Source: Macrostomum lignano (lineage: Eukaryota). Taken from it: a stretch of 64,000 bases of DNA. The position numbers were made by a program, and so were the translations under genes. The number at the start of each line of letters is the position of its first letter. Position 1 is the first letter of the stretch. The notes beneath the pieces are model-generated. The model was not told the DNA's origin. It saw nothing but the letters and a program-made list of their open reading frames with translations, and searched no databases. The stretch lies in the NCBI GenBank assembly GCA_002269645.1, contig NIVC01003156.1, forward strand, positions 1-64,000. Direction: 5' to 3'. Of the stretch, positions 38,368-53,116 are shown piece after piece.

Positions 38368-40261
38368 CTAGTCTTCCTCTTTGATCTCCTTCAACATCTG
38401 CATGTGCAGCTGGCCCAGGCTGCCCGTTCTACCGCTGGTGGCCTGAGCCGCTGCAGCCACTGCCGCCTGAGACTGGAACACCCCTGGATTGCGCTTCATC
38501 TCCAAGCGGTCGACCATCTCTGCGGCAGCTCGGCTGGCTGACCAGTTCGGGCAGAGCGCCACAAGGCGGAGTCGGACAAAGGCGAACGCCAGGGCGAGCT
38601 GAACTCGACGCCTGAAGCTGCGAACGAATATCAGATAGACCCAGAAGTTGATGGCGTAGCTGATGTCCTGAAGTTTGGTTGATCGATTAGTTTGTAGAGA
38701 TGCTTTTTCTGGTTCAAAATAGCGATAGAAGTACCCTAGCATGCTGCATGATAGCTGCGTACATTACAACTTGCATACTTCCTTGCTGGTACTCGCTTCC
38801 TGAATTCTGGCCCGGCAGAGCAGCTGAGTGATAAACGAGTCTGACGCTCTTGCGCCACGACCCAGCTGGTTCGATTCCACATTTATTTGGGGCTTGAGCA
38901 TAAAAAATGGCCTGGGGTTGTCGTTGTTGCGATTGACATCCATGTGGGCCGACTCCCCATAGGCACAGAGTGCATATGCCTGACGATTAAAAAAGTCGGG
39001 ACAGCTCATGCTCCCTGTGTGAGTGTGTATGAGTTCGTGTCTGTGTATGGTACTGCACCCACCGCTTGTACACAGGAGTGCTCATGTGCTCTGGAGTAAG
39101 CGGAATGACCTGAATTGCCTGAGCACCAGTTAAATGACAATGTCGCTGTAATGTAGATCTATCTACCTGGTCTATTATTTCTGTCATAGCTCAAAGGAGT
39201 GATGCAAGCAGTGCTCGAAGCCCACTGGACTAGTGACAAAAATAGAACTAGTACTCAAAAATCACGTCTTTTTGGCTTTTCTAGCATGACAACATCGAGC
39301 GTATACGCACCTTGACGGAGTCCAGCAGCTTGGCGGCCTGTTCAAGGACGTGACACCGGCAGCTCGGTCGAGGCTCGCAGAGGCCGCAGCCCGTCCTCAT
39401 CACGATCACTACGCAGAGCGGACTCGACAGCAGACAGAAGGTGATGGACACCGCCAGGTTGGCATAGTAACGCGACATCGCCAAGTCTTTATCCTGTGAG
39501 CCGGGCAGCAGGTCGCGTCTCAAGCGTCTCACCTGAATAAGCTTGGCAACAATGGCCGCACTGAGTGCCGCTTGCAGTAGGCATGGAGCAACAAATATTC
39601 CGAATGCTTTAAAGTACAGGATGTACTTTGCTGCTGAGCTTGACTGTCCTCCATCGGTGCAGTTCAAAGCGATTCGACAGCTAAACGACATGACATCCTC
39701 GTAGCCGGCGGTCTCCAGTCCATAGACCGCGATCACCGGGGACATGAGAATCAGGCCGAGGACTGCCACAGAGACTGCTGCAGCCACAGACTGAGTCACA
39801 TACCGGTGAGTCATCATTCGCATCGGCTGACTCACTGTCAGCAGTCGGTCAGCTGAGAATATCACTAGCAGGTAGGACGAGGCGAACAGTGTCGAGTGTT
39901 GCATGTACTCGAGCAGTCGGCAACTCATCGGATGAGAGGCATCGAGCTTCAGCACCTCACTACCGTAAATGTGAGCCAAGCCTCTGCCAAGGAAGTCGTC
40001 GATGAAGCTGCTGAAGATAAGCACGCTGGAGTCCGATATCGCCAGAGCTACACACCAGATACCAAATCGGTTCCATCGCGACAGCCGAGCCTCCAGTGAG
40101 AAGATTGCAATTGTGAGAGCGTTCCCGAGAAGGCCCAGAATCACAATGGCAGGCGAACCAATTGCCCTGGTGGCACCGACTCCGTATCTTAGACGGTTCT
40201 CGAACTTGTCCGAACAGTTGTCCGGCCAGTGGTGCGAGAGCTCTCGGACGCCGTCAGGCAT
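38368..40261 (-). CDS. Second class A GPCR, paralog of the 28.5-kb receptor; exons 40261-39311 and 38667-38368
   Basis: Shares DDFLGRGL, SYLLxIFSxDR, MSRxYA and SVK|DxxYxxNFWVYLxFVRSFRRR with the first receptor; phase-0 GT-AG intron at 39310-38668. Confidence 0.88.
38810..39140 (+). mobile_element. tRNA-derived SINE-like element inside the GPCR intron
   Basis: B-box GGTTCGATTCC at 38868-38878 is followed by cacatttatttggggct, which is shared with the 23-kb copy; the body is shared with the 10-kb copy. Confidence 0.6.
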
Positions 40262-41387
40262 GCTGCGAGGTTGCAAGCCTTTGGAGAGTGAAAGTTGGAG
40301 ACAGTATTTCTGTAAAATACGTGCAATGGATTGTAACAAAACTTTTTTCACAGGAATACTTACAAAGATCCTGTTATCCCTTCTGTTTCAGTTAGGTTGT
40401 TCTCGTTAAACAGTATTTAAGTTGACGCAAACAAGAACGTTTTTTACTGCTGACCTAGAATTCGCCCCTTTGCCCGTTCTGACAAACTGTTTGCTTTCCT
40501 GTTGCATCGCATGGGGATGTGCCAGGGGTTTTTACCTATTATCTGGTTTGCTGGTGCCTGTACACCGAAGCAGTGCAGTGAAGGTAGCTCGGGTGGTGGC
40601 AGAGAGATACAGATAGAATGCTGCACAGAAAGGATCATTCGGTAAGGTTGTAGGATATTTTCGTCCCAGCTTAGGATGTTCTATATACCCAACGCTGAAC
40701 CGCTCGTTAAACCCTTGCAGAATGCATCTTAACTGCAAGCTGGAAGGGGGGTAAGGGATGACTGAAGGTAGACTAGGCTGGGTTATGGCCTATCGACCAG
40801 AAGCTAAAACCCGTTTGCTTCTTTGGCGATCTTACCCTACATATGCTTACCCATAAATTCTACAGCTATAGGCCATGCAGCTTTATAATAAATTGTATCA
40901 TGGTGCTTCGAATCGAGCTACACCGCGATAATCAATGGTATTGGTGTTAGCACCAGAGTACCCAACAAGTTCGTGCAACCTACGTAGAATGCTTAAAATT
41001 AAGAAGGGTAGTTTTTATCTGATAGGAAGAAATGGTCAAAAAGTAGATGAGAGCTTGAACAAGTGCGTCAAGGATAAAAGAAGAGTCAAAGGCATTTGGA
41101 GAGTCAAGAAATGAAATTCAATAGAAGAATATACTTTAAAACCAACATAAATTGGTTAAACAACGCAAAAAGATCCCGACAATAATGTCACTGACATGGT
41201 CAGAAGTGACATTTAAAAAGGTCGATGTATATATGTACGAGTATATAGACAAAATTTCGTGAATTTGGATTAATTAATTAATGATTTTCGCGGCGACTCG
41301 CAGCCATGAAGGCCATGCAACCTTGCTTTTACATCTTGCTTTCTTGCTTTTACAAAATTATTAATACTACGACAGATGGTGTGTTTC

Positions 41388-41810
41388 TATTGGAAATTAT
41401 AATTTTCCAGTTTATGTCCGATTCTATGACAAGTGCATTTGCAACACGTCCGATTTGTTATAATGAAGTTTAGTGCAAAAAACTTGATACTTCTCATCTT
41501 TTAATGTCAAAAGAGTAGAACGTGGGGCTTTCAATTTAGTTTCGGGGCAAATTTCTGTAGTTTTCTTGGTTTGATTCCGAAAAATCCGAAGTAAAATTCT
41601 TTCATACAGACTACTCATAGTAGAGCATGTTGAAAAAAAGTTATACTTATGTTATTGCGGGTTTGATAGATCTGGTGTTGCGGATGCCCTGGATTATATC
41701 GTAACAGCCAAATATATGAGATTTTTGCGATGACAACTGAAAGCAGTTTTCCGGTTTCGAGTGTTTTTATACATGCTTATTTAAGCATTTTAAAAGTTTT
41801 CGTGTAATGT
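41388..41810. repeat. Dispersed ~400-bp repeat, copy 1 (unclassified)
   Basis: Aligns by eye with 50984-51340 (e.g. aaaatccgaagtaaaattctttc, ggtgttgcggatgccctgg, tttcgagtgttttta). Confidence 0.8.
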
Positions 41811-42289
41811 GTAGCTCGTACGCTCGACTTGTATTGCTTTTCTTCTAATAAAATTTATTAGAAAATAACAGTTTTTGTCGTTACTATGTTTACAGAAACA
41901 CCTATTCGTACATGTATTCCCCAGTCCCCCTGAAGGGGGAACTTTTTTGCCTTTGTATTTTGCTTCCCATCGTCAACATCGGAGATGGGTTAATATCTCT
42001 GTGTCCCCCCCCCCCCTGACGTTGTGGGTCGATGTTGGTGAAGGCGTTGCGCCAGCTATGTTGCCAAAAGCCATCATTCATCATTTTTAATAAACTATAT
42101 GCATAGCTTCTGATTCCTCAGCTTTGTAATCTCAGCCCTGCCTCCCCCGCGTGGGCCTTGACATCTCAACAATTTTCCCCATGATTTACAGCGTTATCGA
42201 AACCCCACGAGCCTTGAAATATTAAGCAATTCTCCAATGGGGACACATGATTAAGCTCGCTTGCGCTATTTTTAACTGCTTTCAATGAC

Positions 42290-43390
42290 ACAAGCGCGCA
42301 TCTCAAATGCATGAGTCTGGCACAAGCGCGCATCTCAAATGCATGAGTCTGACACAAGCGCGCATCTCAAATGCATGAGTCTGGCACAAGCGCGCATCTC
42401 AAATGCATGAGTCTGGCACAAGCGCGCATCTCAAATGCATGAGTCTGGCACAAGCGCGCATCTCAAATGCATGAGTCTGGCACAAGCGCGCATCTCAAAT
42501 GCATGAGTCTGGCACAAGCGCGCATCTCAAATGCATGAGTCTGGCACAAGCGCGCATCTCAAATGCATGAGTCTGGCACAAGCGCGCATCTCAAATGCAT
42601 GAGTCTGGCACAAGCGCGCATCTCAAATGCATGAGTCTGGCACAAGCGCGCATCTCAAATGCATGAGTCTGGCACAAGCGCGCATCTCAAATGCATGAGT
42701 CTGGCACAAGCGCGCATCTCAAATGCATGAGTCTGGCACAAGCGCGCATCTCAAATGCATGAGTCTGGCACAAGCGCGCATCTCAAATGCATGAGTCTGG
42801 CACAAGCGCGCATCTCAAATGCATGAGTCTGGCACAAGCGCGCATCTCAAATGCATGAGTCTGGCACAAGCGCGCATCTCAAATGCATGAGTCTGGCACA
42901 AGCGCGCATCTCAAATGCATGAGTCTGGCACAAGCGCGCATCTCAAATGCATGAGTCTGGCACAAGCGCGCATCTCAAATGCATGAGTCTGGCACAAGCG
43001 CGCATCTCAAATGCATGAGTCTGGCACAAGCGCGCATCTCAAATGCATGAGTCTGGCACAAGCGCGCATCTCAAATGCATGAGTCTGGCACAAGCGCGCA
43101 TCTCAAATGCATGAGTCTGGCACAAGCGCGCATCTCAAATGCATGAGTCTGGCACAAGCGCGCATCTTAGATGCATGAGTCTGGCACAAGCGCGCATCTT
43201 AGATGCATGAGTCTGGCACAAGCGCGCATCTTAGATGCATGAGTCTGGCACAAGCGCGCATCTTAGATGCATGAGTCTGGCACAAGCGCGCATCTTAGAT
43301 GCATGAGTCTGGCACAAGCGCGCATCTTAGATGCATGAGTCTGGCACAAGCGCGCATCTTAGATGCATGAGTCTGGCACAAGCGCGCATT
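42290..43390. repeat. Highly homogeneous 32-bp minisatellite (gcacaagcgcgcatctcaaatgcatgagtctg), ~34 copies
   Basis: Directly visible; the last ~8 copies carry the catcttagatg variant. Confidence 0.98.
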
Positions 43391-44120
43391 CTAGACGCAT
43401 CAATCTGAATGCTGCAGCCAGTGCCGGACTACCAGCTGCAGCCAGCGACAGACCATCAAAACCCGGCCCCAGACTTGCATAACATGTGGTTTTATTCTTA
43501 GCTACTAAACATTTTACCATTTTAAATAAAAAAAATTTAGTATTTTAAATCTGAGCATTTCAACTTTGTGAAAAATAAATATAGAGAAAATAAAGCTTCC
43601 TGACTTTGTGTCGGATAGTCGAAAAAATTCCACCGCGCTTATGTCTTAGCTTATGTCTATGGTAAAGTTACTGTGGTTTTTGCGCGCTTTTGTCTGTGCG
43701 CGCAATTGTTTCCCCACTTGCCAAAAAATACACGTGCGCGCTAATGTCATGCTTCAGCCCTCCCCCAATAAATCTTTTATTTTTATTGATTTCTTTCTTT
43801 CATTTTTGAAATGACGCTTCTTCGTTCTTGCTTCACAAGACGCTTCTTCTATGTTTTACATGACGTCTTTTTTGCTATACATTTGTTATTCTATTATGTT
43901 TGACACGATGCTTTACTATTTTTGACATGACGATTGGCGCTTCTGATTTGTTATTTCTTTTGTTGAAGTTTCTTTACTTAAAAATGCTTTTAAAATTAAT
44001 TATTATTATTATTTCCACTTCATTTGAACTGAAATTCAATCATACCGATAATCTGCAACAAACTACACCTTTTCACGTTCATTTTGATCAAAGTCCAGCT
44101 TTTAAAAAAACTACAGCTCG

Positions 44121-44276
44121 TAGCCGAAAATTCAATTCAGACAATTCGGACTGGGGCAACGCTTACGCAAAATCAATAGAAACAAACCGAAGTTCAAAGC
44201 ATTCTGCCACCGAAGCAAGGTTTGGCCATAGACAAAATTGTCCCCAGTCTGAATTGTCTGAATTGAATGTCCGCTA
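44121..44276. mobile_element. Small MITE-like inverted repeat
   Basis: aattcaattcagacaattcggactggggcaa (44129-44159) is inverted at 44238-44268, with degenerate extension to tagccg / ccgcta. Confidence 0.7.
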
Positions 44277-44316
44277 GTCTTTTTAGAACTTTCTTTAGAA
44301 CTTTTTTTAGAATTTT

Positions 44317-46638
44317 GCCGCCGTCAGCCGCCTCCCGTAAGACCACAGGACGCGAGACCTCCGCCGCGAGAACTTTCGCAGCAGCGCTTCGCGAGCCGGC
44401 GCTGACAGCCATGGGAGCAGAGACTTTGAAAAGCCGTTCTCGCACCGCGAGCAGGACAGGGCTCTCCGCTCCCTCCCGGCCAGGAAGGCCCCAGGACCCG
44501 ATGAGATCTGCGCCGAACACCTGCAGCACCTCGGCGCTGCCGGCCGCCGGGCGGTCCTGCTGCTGATCAACGCGTCCTGGACCCAGGGGGAGGTCCCCGC
44601 GGCGTGGCGCCGTGCCGATCCTCAAGAAGGGCAAGCCGCCCGACGAGATCGGCTCATACCGGCCGATTGCCCTCACCTCCACCCTGGCCAAGCTGGCCGA
44701 GCGGCTGGCTCAAGCGCGGCTCTACTGGTGGGCCAAGTCCCGGCACCTGCTGCACACCGCCCAAGCCGGCTTCCGCAAGCGGCGCAGCACCGAGGACCAG
44801 ATTGCCCGGCTCACCCAGCTCATCAGTGACAGCCACCAGTCGGCCCCTGCCAGGTGGACGGTCGTCGTCCTGTTCAACTTCCGGCGGGCGTACGACACCG
44901 TCTGGAAGCAGGGCCTGCTGTACAAGCTGCACAACACCGGCATCCCAGCGGCCGGGAATGCTGGCTCAGCAGCTTCCTGGCCGATCGCCGTGCTGCCGTC
45001 AGGGTGGACGGCGCGCTGAGCAGCTGGCGGCTTTTCCGCGAGTGCCTGCCACAGGGGAGTGTCCTTGCCCTCTGCTCTTTGCGCTGTACATCAACGCCTA
45101 ACCACCTGCCGTCCGACTGCACGCCGTTCCTCTACGCCGACGACCTGGCCATCGCAGTGCAAGGCCTGACCGTGGAGGAGGCCGAGACGAAGGCGCAGGC
45201 TGCGATCGACGCGGTCTCTGACTGGGCAAGCGAGTGGCGGATGGAGCTGGCGCCAAACAAGTGCGCCGCTTCCCTGTTCACCATCACCGCCGGAGAGGCC
45301 AGCTGCGAGCTGCGTCTGCGGCTGTCGAACGACGCTCCGCTCTCGACGGGCAGCCAGCCGCGCTTCCTCGACGTCATCCTGGACTGGCTGCTCAGCTTCT
45401 CGGCGCACGCCGCCAACGTCGCCGGCCGCGCCCAGCGTTCTGGCGGCGCTGTCTGGCAGCAACTGGGGCGCCAAGCAGAGCGACGTGCGCCAGCTCTACA
45501 CGGCCTACGTGCGGCCGGTACTGGAGTACGCTGCCAGCGCTTGGATGCCAACGGCCTGCAAGACGGCTATCAACCACCTGGTCCGGGCCCAGCGCCTGGG
45601 CGCGCGCATCATCACCGGGTGTCCGCGGAACACCAGGTCGGAGGTGCTGGAGCGCAAGGCTGGACTGCCGCCGATGGCACGCCGGCTTCCTCCACGAGCG
45701 CGCCCTCAGGCTGCCGCCCGACAACCCGCTGCGCGCCTGGGCGGCCACCCGCGAGAGCCCGTCCACGCTGTCCCGACGACACCTCCCTGGGCTGACCTGG
45801 ACTCCGTCACATTCGGGCTGCAGCTGGCCTCCCCGACCTCGCGGGGTCACCTGCCGGAGGCCCGGAGAGCTGCGGCGGAGCAGACGCTCGCCGTACTGCC
45901 GCCCGCCGGCACCGTGGTCTGGACCGACGGAGCGGCGAAGGACGGCATACTGGACTGACTCATCTGCTCTGACTCACTGAGCGCGCTTACCGCACTCGCG
46001 TCCGGCCCCGGGTCGACGGGCGCCACCATGATCGACGCCGTCTGGGCCAGCCTCGCCGACCTCGTGGCCCGGAGAACCTCGGTCCACCTGCAGTGGGTGC
46101 CTGGCCACGCGGGAATCCCCGGCAGCGAGGCCGTGGACGAGATCGCCAAGCAAGGCTCCACGCTGGGGCAAGGCACCGCGCCCGTTCCTTTGGCTGCCGC
46201 GCAGGCCCGCTGGCACCAGACCTACAATGCGGCGGCCACCGAGGCGGCGAGCACGAGCTCGCTTGCCTGGCACCATGCCTGCATGTCGGGCCGCCTGCCG
46301 CCTCCACCGACGAGCGACCTCACGCGGCGGCAGGAGCGGCTGATTTGCCAGCTGCGCGCCGACCGCTGCCCCGCCCTGCGGGGCTTCCAGGCCACCATCG
46401 GCGCGTTGACGTGGCCCCCACCTGCCGCTTCTGCAGCGATGGAGGAGACGGCGGCCCATCTGCTGATCTCCTGCCCCGCCCTGACTCCACACCGCTGCCG
46501 CCTCTGGGGGGAGCCCGGGGCAGTTTTCGAGAACTGCGTCGCCGTCGCGGTGCTGAACTTCCTCGGGAAGGCGGGTGCTGTCTGACGCCCGGTGCCATGG
46601 GCTCTGGCCCGAGCGCGCCCGAATGGAAGAAGAAGAAA
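44317..46638 (+). mobile_element. 5'-truncated, frameshifted non-LTR retrotransposon (RT + RNase H + C-terminal Cys/His motif; I/Ingi/Nimb-like)
   Basis: KAPGPD, PILKKGK..SYRPIALTS..KLAER, QAGFR, AYDTVW, LPQGSVL, LYADD; RNase H WTDG, SDSLSAL, LQWVPGHAGIPGSEAVDEIAK; ETAAHLLISCP; short (GAA)4 tail. Multiple frameshifts and deletions, no endonuclease domain, GC-rich. Confidence 0.93.
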
Positions 46639-47586
46639 TGCGCAATGGCAGTGTATGGTATGCGTCATTTTCTTTTGGAGGGAAGTGGCGGGCCACATCA
46701 AACCAAGAAAAAGTACTATGAGCGTAGACTGCGGTTTGGACAAAAAAGCAGGACAAAAATTCGCATTGAAATCTGCCACCGCTCCCCCACCCCAAACTGC
46801 CGGAAGGTATAGCTGTGGAAATTCACTCCAGATTCCGGGGTTGCTCGAGTTGAGTGAGCATATGTGACGTGCAATGCATTATCTAAAGTTTTTACTGAAA
46901 CGGGCTCTTGGGAAAAAATTTGGATAAGCATTGTGGGTTTGATTTAAGGGGCAGCCTGCAAGGCAAACAGTCCAAGGCATTGTGGCGGAGAGTGTGCTTC
47001 GTGAGTCAGGCTTTCAGGCAGTCTGTCCCCCAGACCAGGAACCTCCTAAAAAAGCATCACTGGACGGAAGCTCCCCACACGCATTTACCTTAGAGTGGCA
47101 GCCATTCCCAGCTATTGTGTCAGTAACAAGGAGCTTGGGTAGAGAGGACCATTTTTTCTGCTTTGTCATTTTGTCAAAAAACGAGCCCAGGCAAGCAATG
47201 CTGGATGCGCAGTTTAGTTATACTCATTGCATGGTCTGTGGGTAAAGGGCGCTTAATCTGCGTGATGAGGCGGCTGGGGTTGGTGCGTGTGGGGTTGGTG
47301 GAGCCTGTTGCAGCCTGCGCGTGCACGTGCGCTATTCTACATATTTAGTCTTGTCTCCGCTTGTGAGCCTCTTAATTATTTGCTGTTTTTTTCTTTCTCC
47401 TGAGGCTCTCTAAATTCTCTTTCAGCTTTCTAACTCTCAGAGTCCAAATTTGAAGCTTGGTTTTGAAACCTTGCCAAGTTTGCTTTGTCTTACTTTCAAA
47501 TAAATTTTAACAAAGCACCATCAAACTTCCATAGCTAATTGTTCGTAATCCCGGTGCCTCCTCCAACGAGATTCGTTCTCGGGAGC

Positions 47587-50615
<3,029 letters not shown>

Positions 50616-50634
<19 letters not shown>

Positions 50635-51002
50635 CAGAAGAGGCAGAGGACATAAACGATCCTGAAACGCTAAAAAAGCTGCTTAATAAGCTTGCTGAAA
50701 AAGCAACTGCTCTAAGCTATCTTGAAGTCCGTCTGAAGGCCATAGTGCGAGGCCGCTGCGAATCGCTACTTGTCAATCCACAACTGAGCCATCATGACAA
50801 GGAAAGCGAGGGTGTTTGGAAGAAGGAGATAGGCACAATTGGTCTCTGGTTTTGTCTTTACGTGTTCTGCTGCGCAAAAAATGAAGTGCCACGATGTACA
50901 ATTCTTACTGCTTTAAATGCTCATTTTAAGAACCACAGGGGCGTATATACTGCCATACTTATTGCTGCGTGCGCGTGTGCATTACTCTATTGGAAATCAT
51001 AA
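50616..51002 (+). CDS. Probable C-terminal continuation of the orphan protein in the -1 frame, ending in a hydrophobic tail
   Basis: The frame changes at an A9 run (50609-50617). It contains AIVRGRCESLLV...GLWF, echoing AIVRGRLEAFLV...GVWF upstream. Confidence 0.6.
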
Positions 51003-51340
51003 CTTTTCAGTTTATTTAAGATTTAATGCCGAATACATCTGCAACACGTTTGATTTGTTACAACTCAGTTTGGTGGCAAAAAAGCGGGTCTTTCTGAAGT
51101 TTCACTCCAGAAAATCCGAAGTAAAATTCTTTCTTACCGACTACTGATAGTAGGGTATGTGGAAAAGGTTATAGCTACTTGTGTTATGGCCTGGTTGAAA
51201 GATATGGTGTTGCGGATGCCCTGGGGTAGGTGTGTTTCTCCCGTAAAAAGCAAAAAAAATTTGCGACGCCAACTGCATGAGAGCAGTTTTCCTGTTTCGA
51301 GTGTTTTTAACCTGCTTTTTAAGCGTTTTGAAAGGTTTCT
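50984..51340. repeat. Dispersed ~400-bp repeat, copy 2
   Basis: Homologous to 41388-41810, same orientation. Confidence 0.8.
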
Positions 51341-51817
51341 TTATGTGCCTTTTAATTTTTTTTTCTTCCCATTATTTAAAAAAAGCAAAAATTCTTTACC
51401 TTGGTTTTTGTCGTTGCCATGTTTACATATGCATCTATTCGTATTCCGATTGATAACCTATGGCTATGATTCTATTTACACATATATCGATTTTTGATAA
51501 CCTATGCTCATATGCACACAAATGCCGATTTTTTGATAACCTATGCTTATATGCACACATACATGTATGCCGATTTTTTATAAACTATGCTCACATGCAC
51601 ACATGCAAATTTTTTATGCTTATATTCACACAGATTTTTATGGGCATAATGCTTATATAATGTGCCTCGTGCGTGGTATAACTTTGCCAAATGATTTTAC
51701 TCAACTCGAACAATGCTAATTGACCGCTTCTAGGAATGCTTGCTATCTCTTTCATGATGCTGTTATGCAACATTAATTTTTCAGTTTAAAGTTTCAACTT
51801 GTTTAACTTAAACTAAT

Positions 51818-51968
51818 ACTCAGCAACATTGAAAAGTCGCCACTCTACGCGCCAGTGAGCAATTTCTCTGGGACTATTCTGAAATAAAAGATACGAGAAA
51901 ACTGATCGGGGTAGCTTTAATCCGTCCAAACCTCGCACACCGCTTCTCCCGCTCCCACTTCATTCCTC
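51818..51968 (-). mobile_element. Truncated inverted copy of the 27.6-kb MITE
   Basis: actcagcaacattgaaaagtcgccactcta...aaaactgatcggggtagctttaatccgtccaa matches the reverse complement of 27670-27810; the second TIR is missing. Confidence 0.85.
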
Positions 51969-53116
51969 AACTCAGCTATCTAATTGCCAATGCTATCATA
52001 AGAAAGTTTTTGAAATGCTCTAAACTAAAAATAAGGATGCATAAATATTTACAATCCAGCAATTTTCTAGACCAAACGAAGATCCGCAAAATGTCATATG
52101 TGCCTTTTTAAACAAACTTTTAGCAATTACATCTGAAATATTAGATTTTTTGTCTTCACACTGTGGTATCCATCCGTTGCGAATGCTTTATCTGCCATCT
52201 AATTTAAATAAATATAAAAATTTTTGCAGAAGTGACCATCACAGAGAAGGTGTCATCTGGGAATTTGCTGTTGATTGTTATTGTCTTTGTTATTTTTTAA
52301 GTTTGAAAAAATATTGTAGTAAACATTAAAACGAATCACATTTTAGGAATCCGTTATTCAGAAGCAAATGAAAACAATATTGGATTAATTTGCATGTATA
52401 TTGTATGTTTTTAATAATCCGATTAGAGAATTGGCTGAAAAGATAATAAAGAAGTATAAAAATGTGTTTCTGCTTTGATTACACCATCTTAATCTGCTGC
52501 TGAAGCGCAGTAGCAATGAATGTTCTTTTTAAATCAACATGACATTGAAGTCAATACCAATTCCAGAGTCAGAACCAATTTTCAAAGTAGAACTTTTTAG
52601 CTACTTAATTTAGAGGTCAGGACACGTTATACAGGTTCGATTTTTAAAATTAAAACTTTACTTCTTGATGTAGCTACCATGATGTTCTCGCATGATTCTG
52701 GTTCTGACATCGCGTCGTGTAAAAACAGGATGAACAGCTTGTACAATAGTTAAACAAAAAAACATTTTAACAAAGTCAAAAACTGTGATTAACGATTGAA
52801 ATGAAAAGAAGCAGTGAAAAAATTACCGGGCCCAACCGGAACTTCTATAAGATCTTTTTCGAGAGACCGCGATTTTCATCGTTCGCGCAAATCATGATGA
52901 CAAAATTAAAGTGCAAACGATTCCAGTAGACGTTCTTTTGCTCACGAGAAGCTAATGAAAATATGACAGCTATATGAGTAGACAATGAGGTAGATTACGA
53001 GTGTTTATGAGGGCCAACAGATGAGGTGACGATTTCTAAAATAGTTTTATTGGATAGTATGAGATGAACAGCATTCCAGGACATCACTGCGACTGGGTCA
53101 CTACCAGTAGGTTTCA

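Noticed and set aside
44194-46812. Numerous overlapping GC-rich ORFs on both strands
   Set aside because: Shadow frames of the degraded LINE; only the plus-strand RT and RNase H fragments carry motifs.
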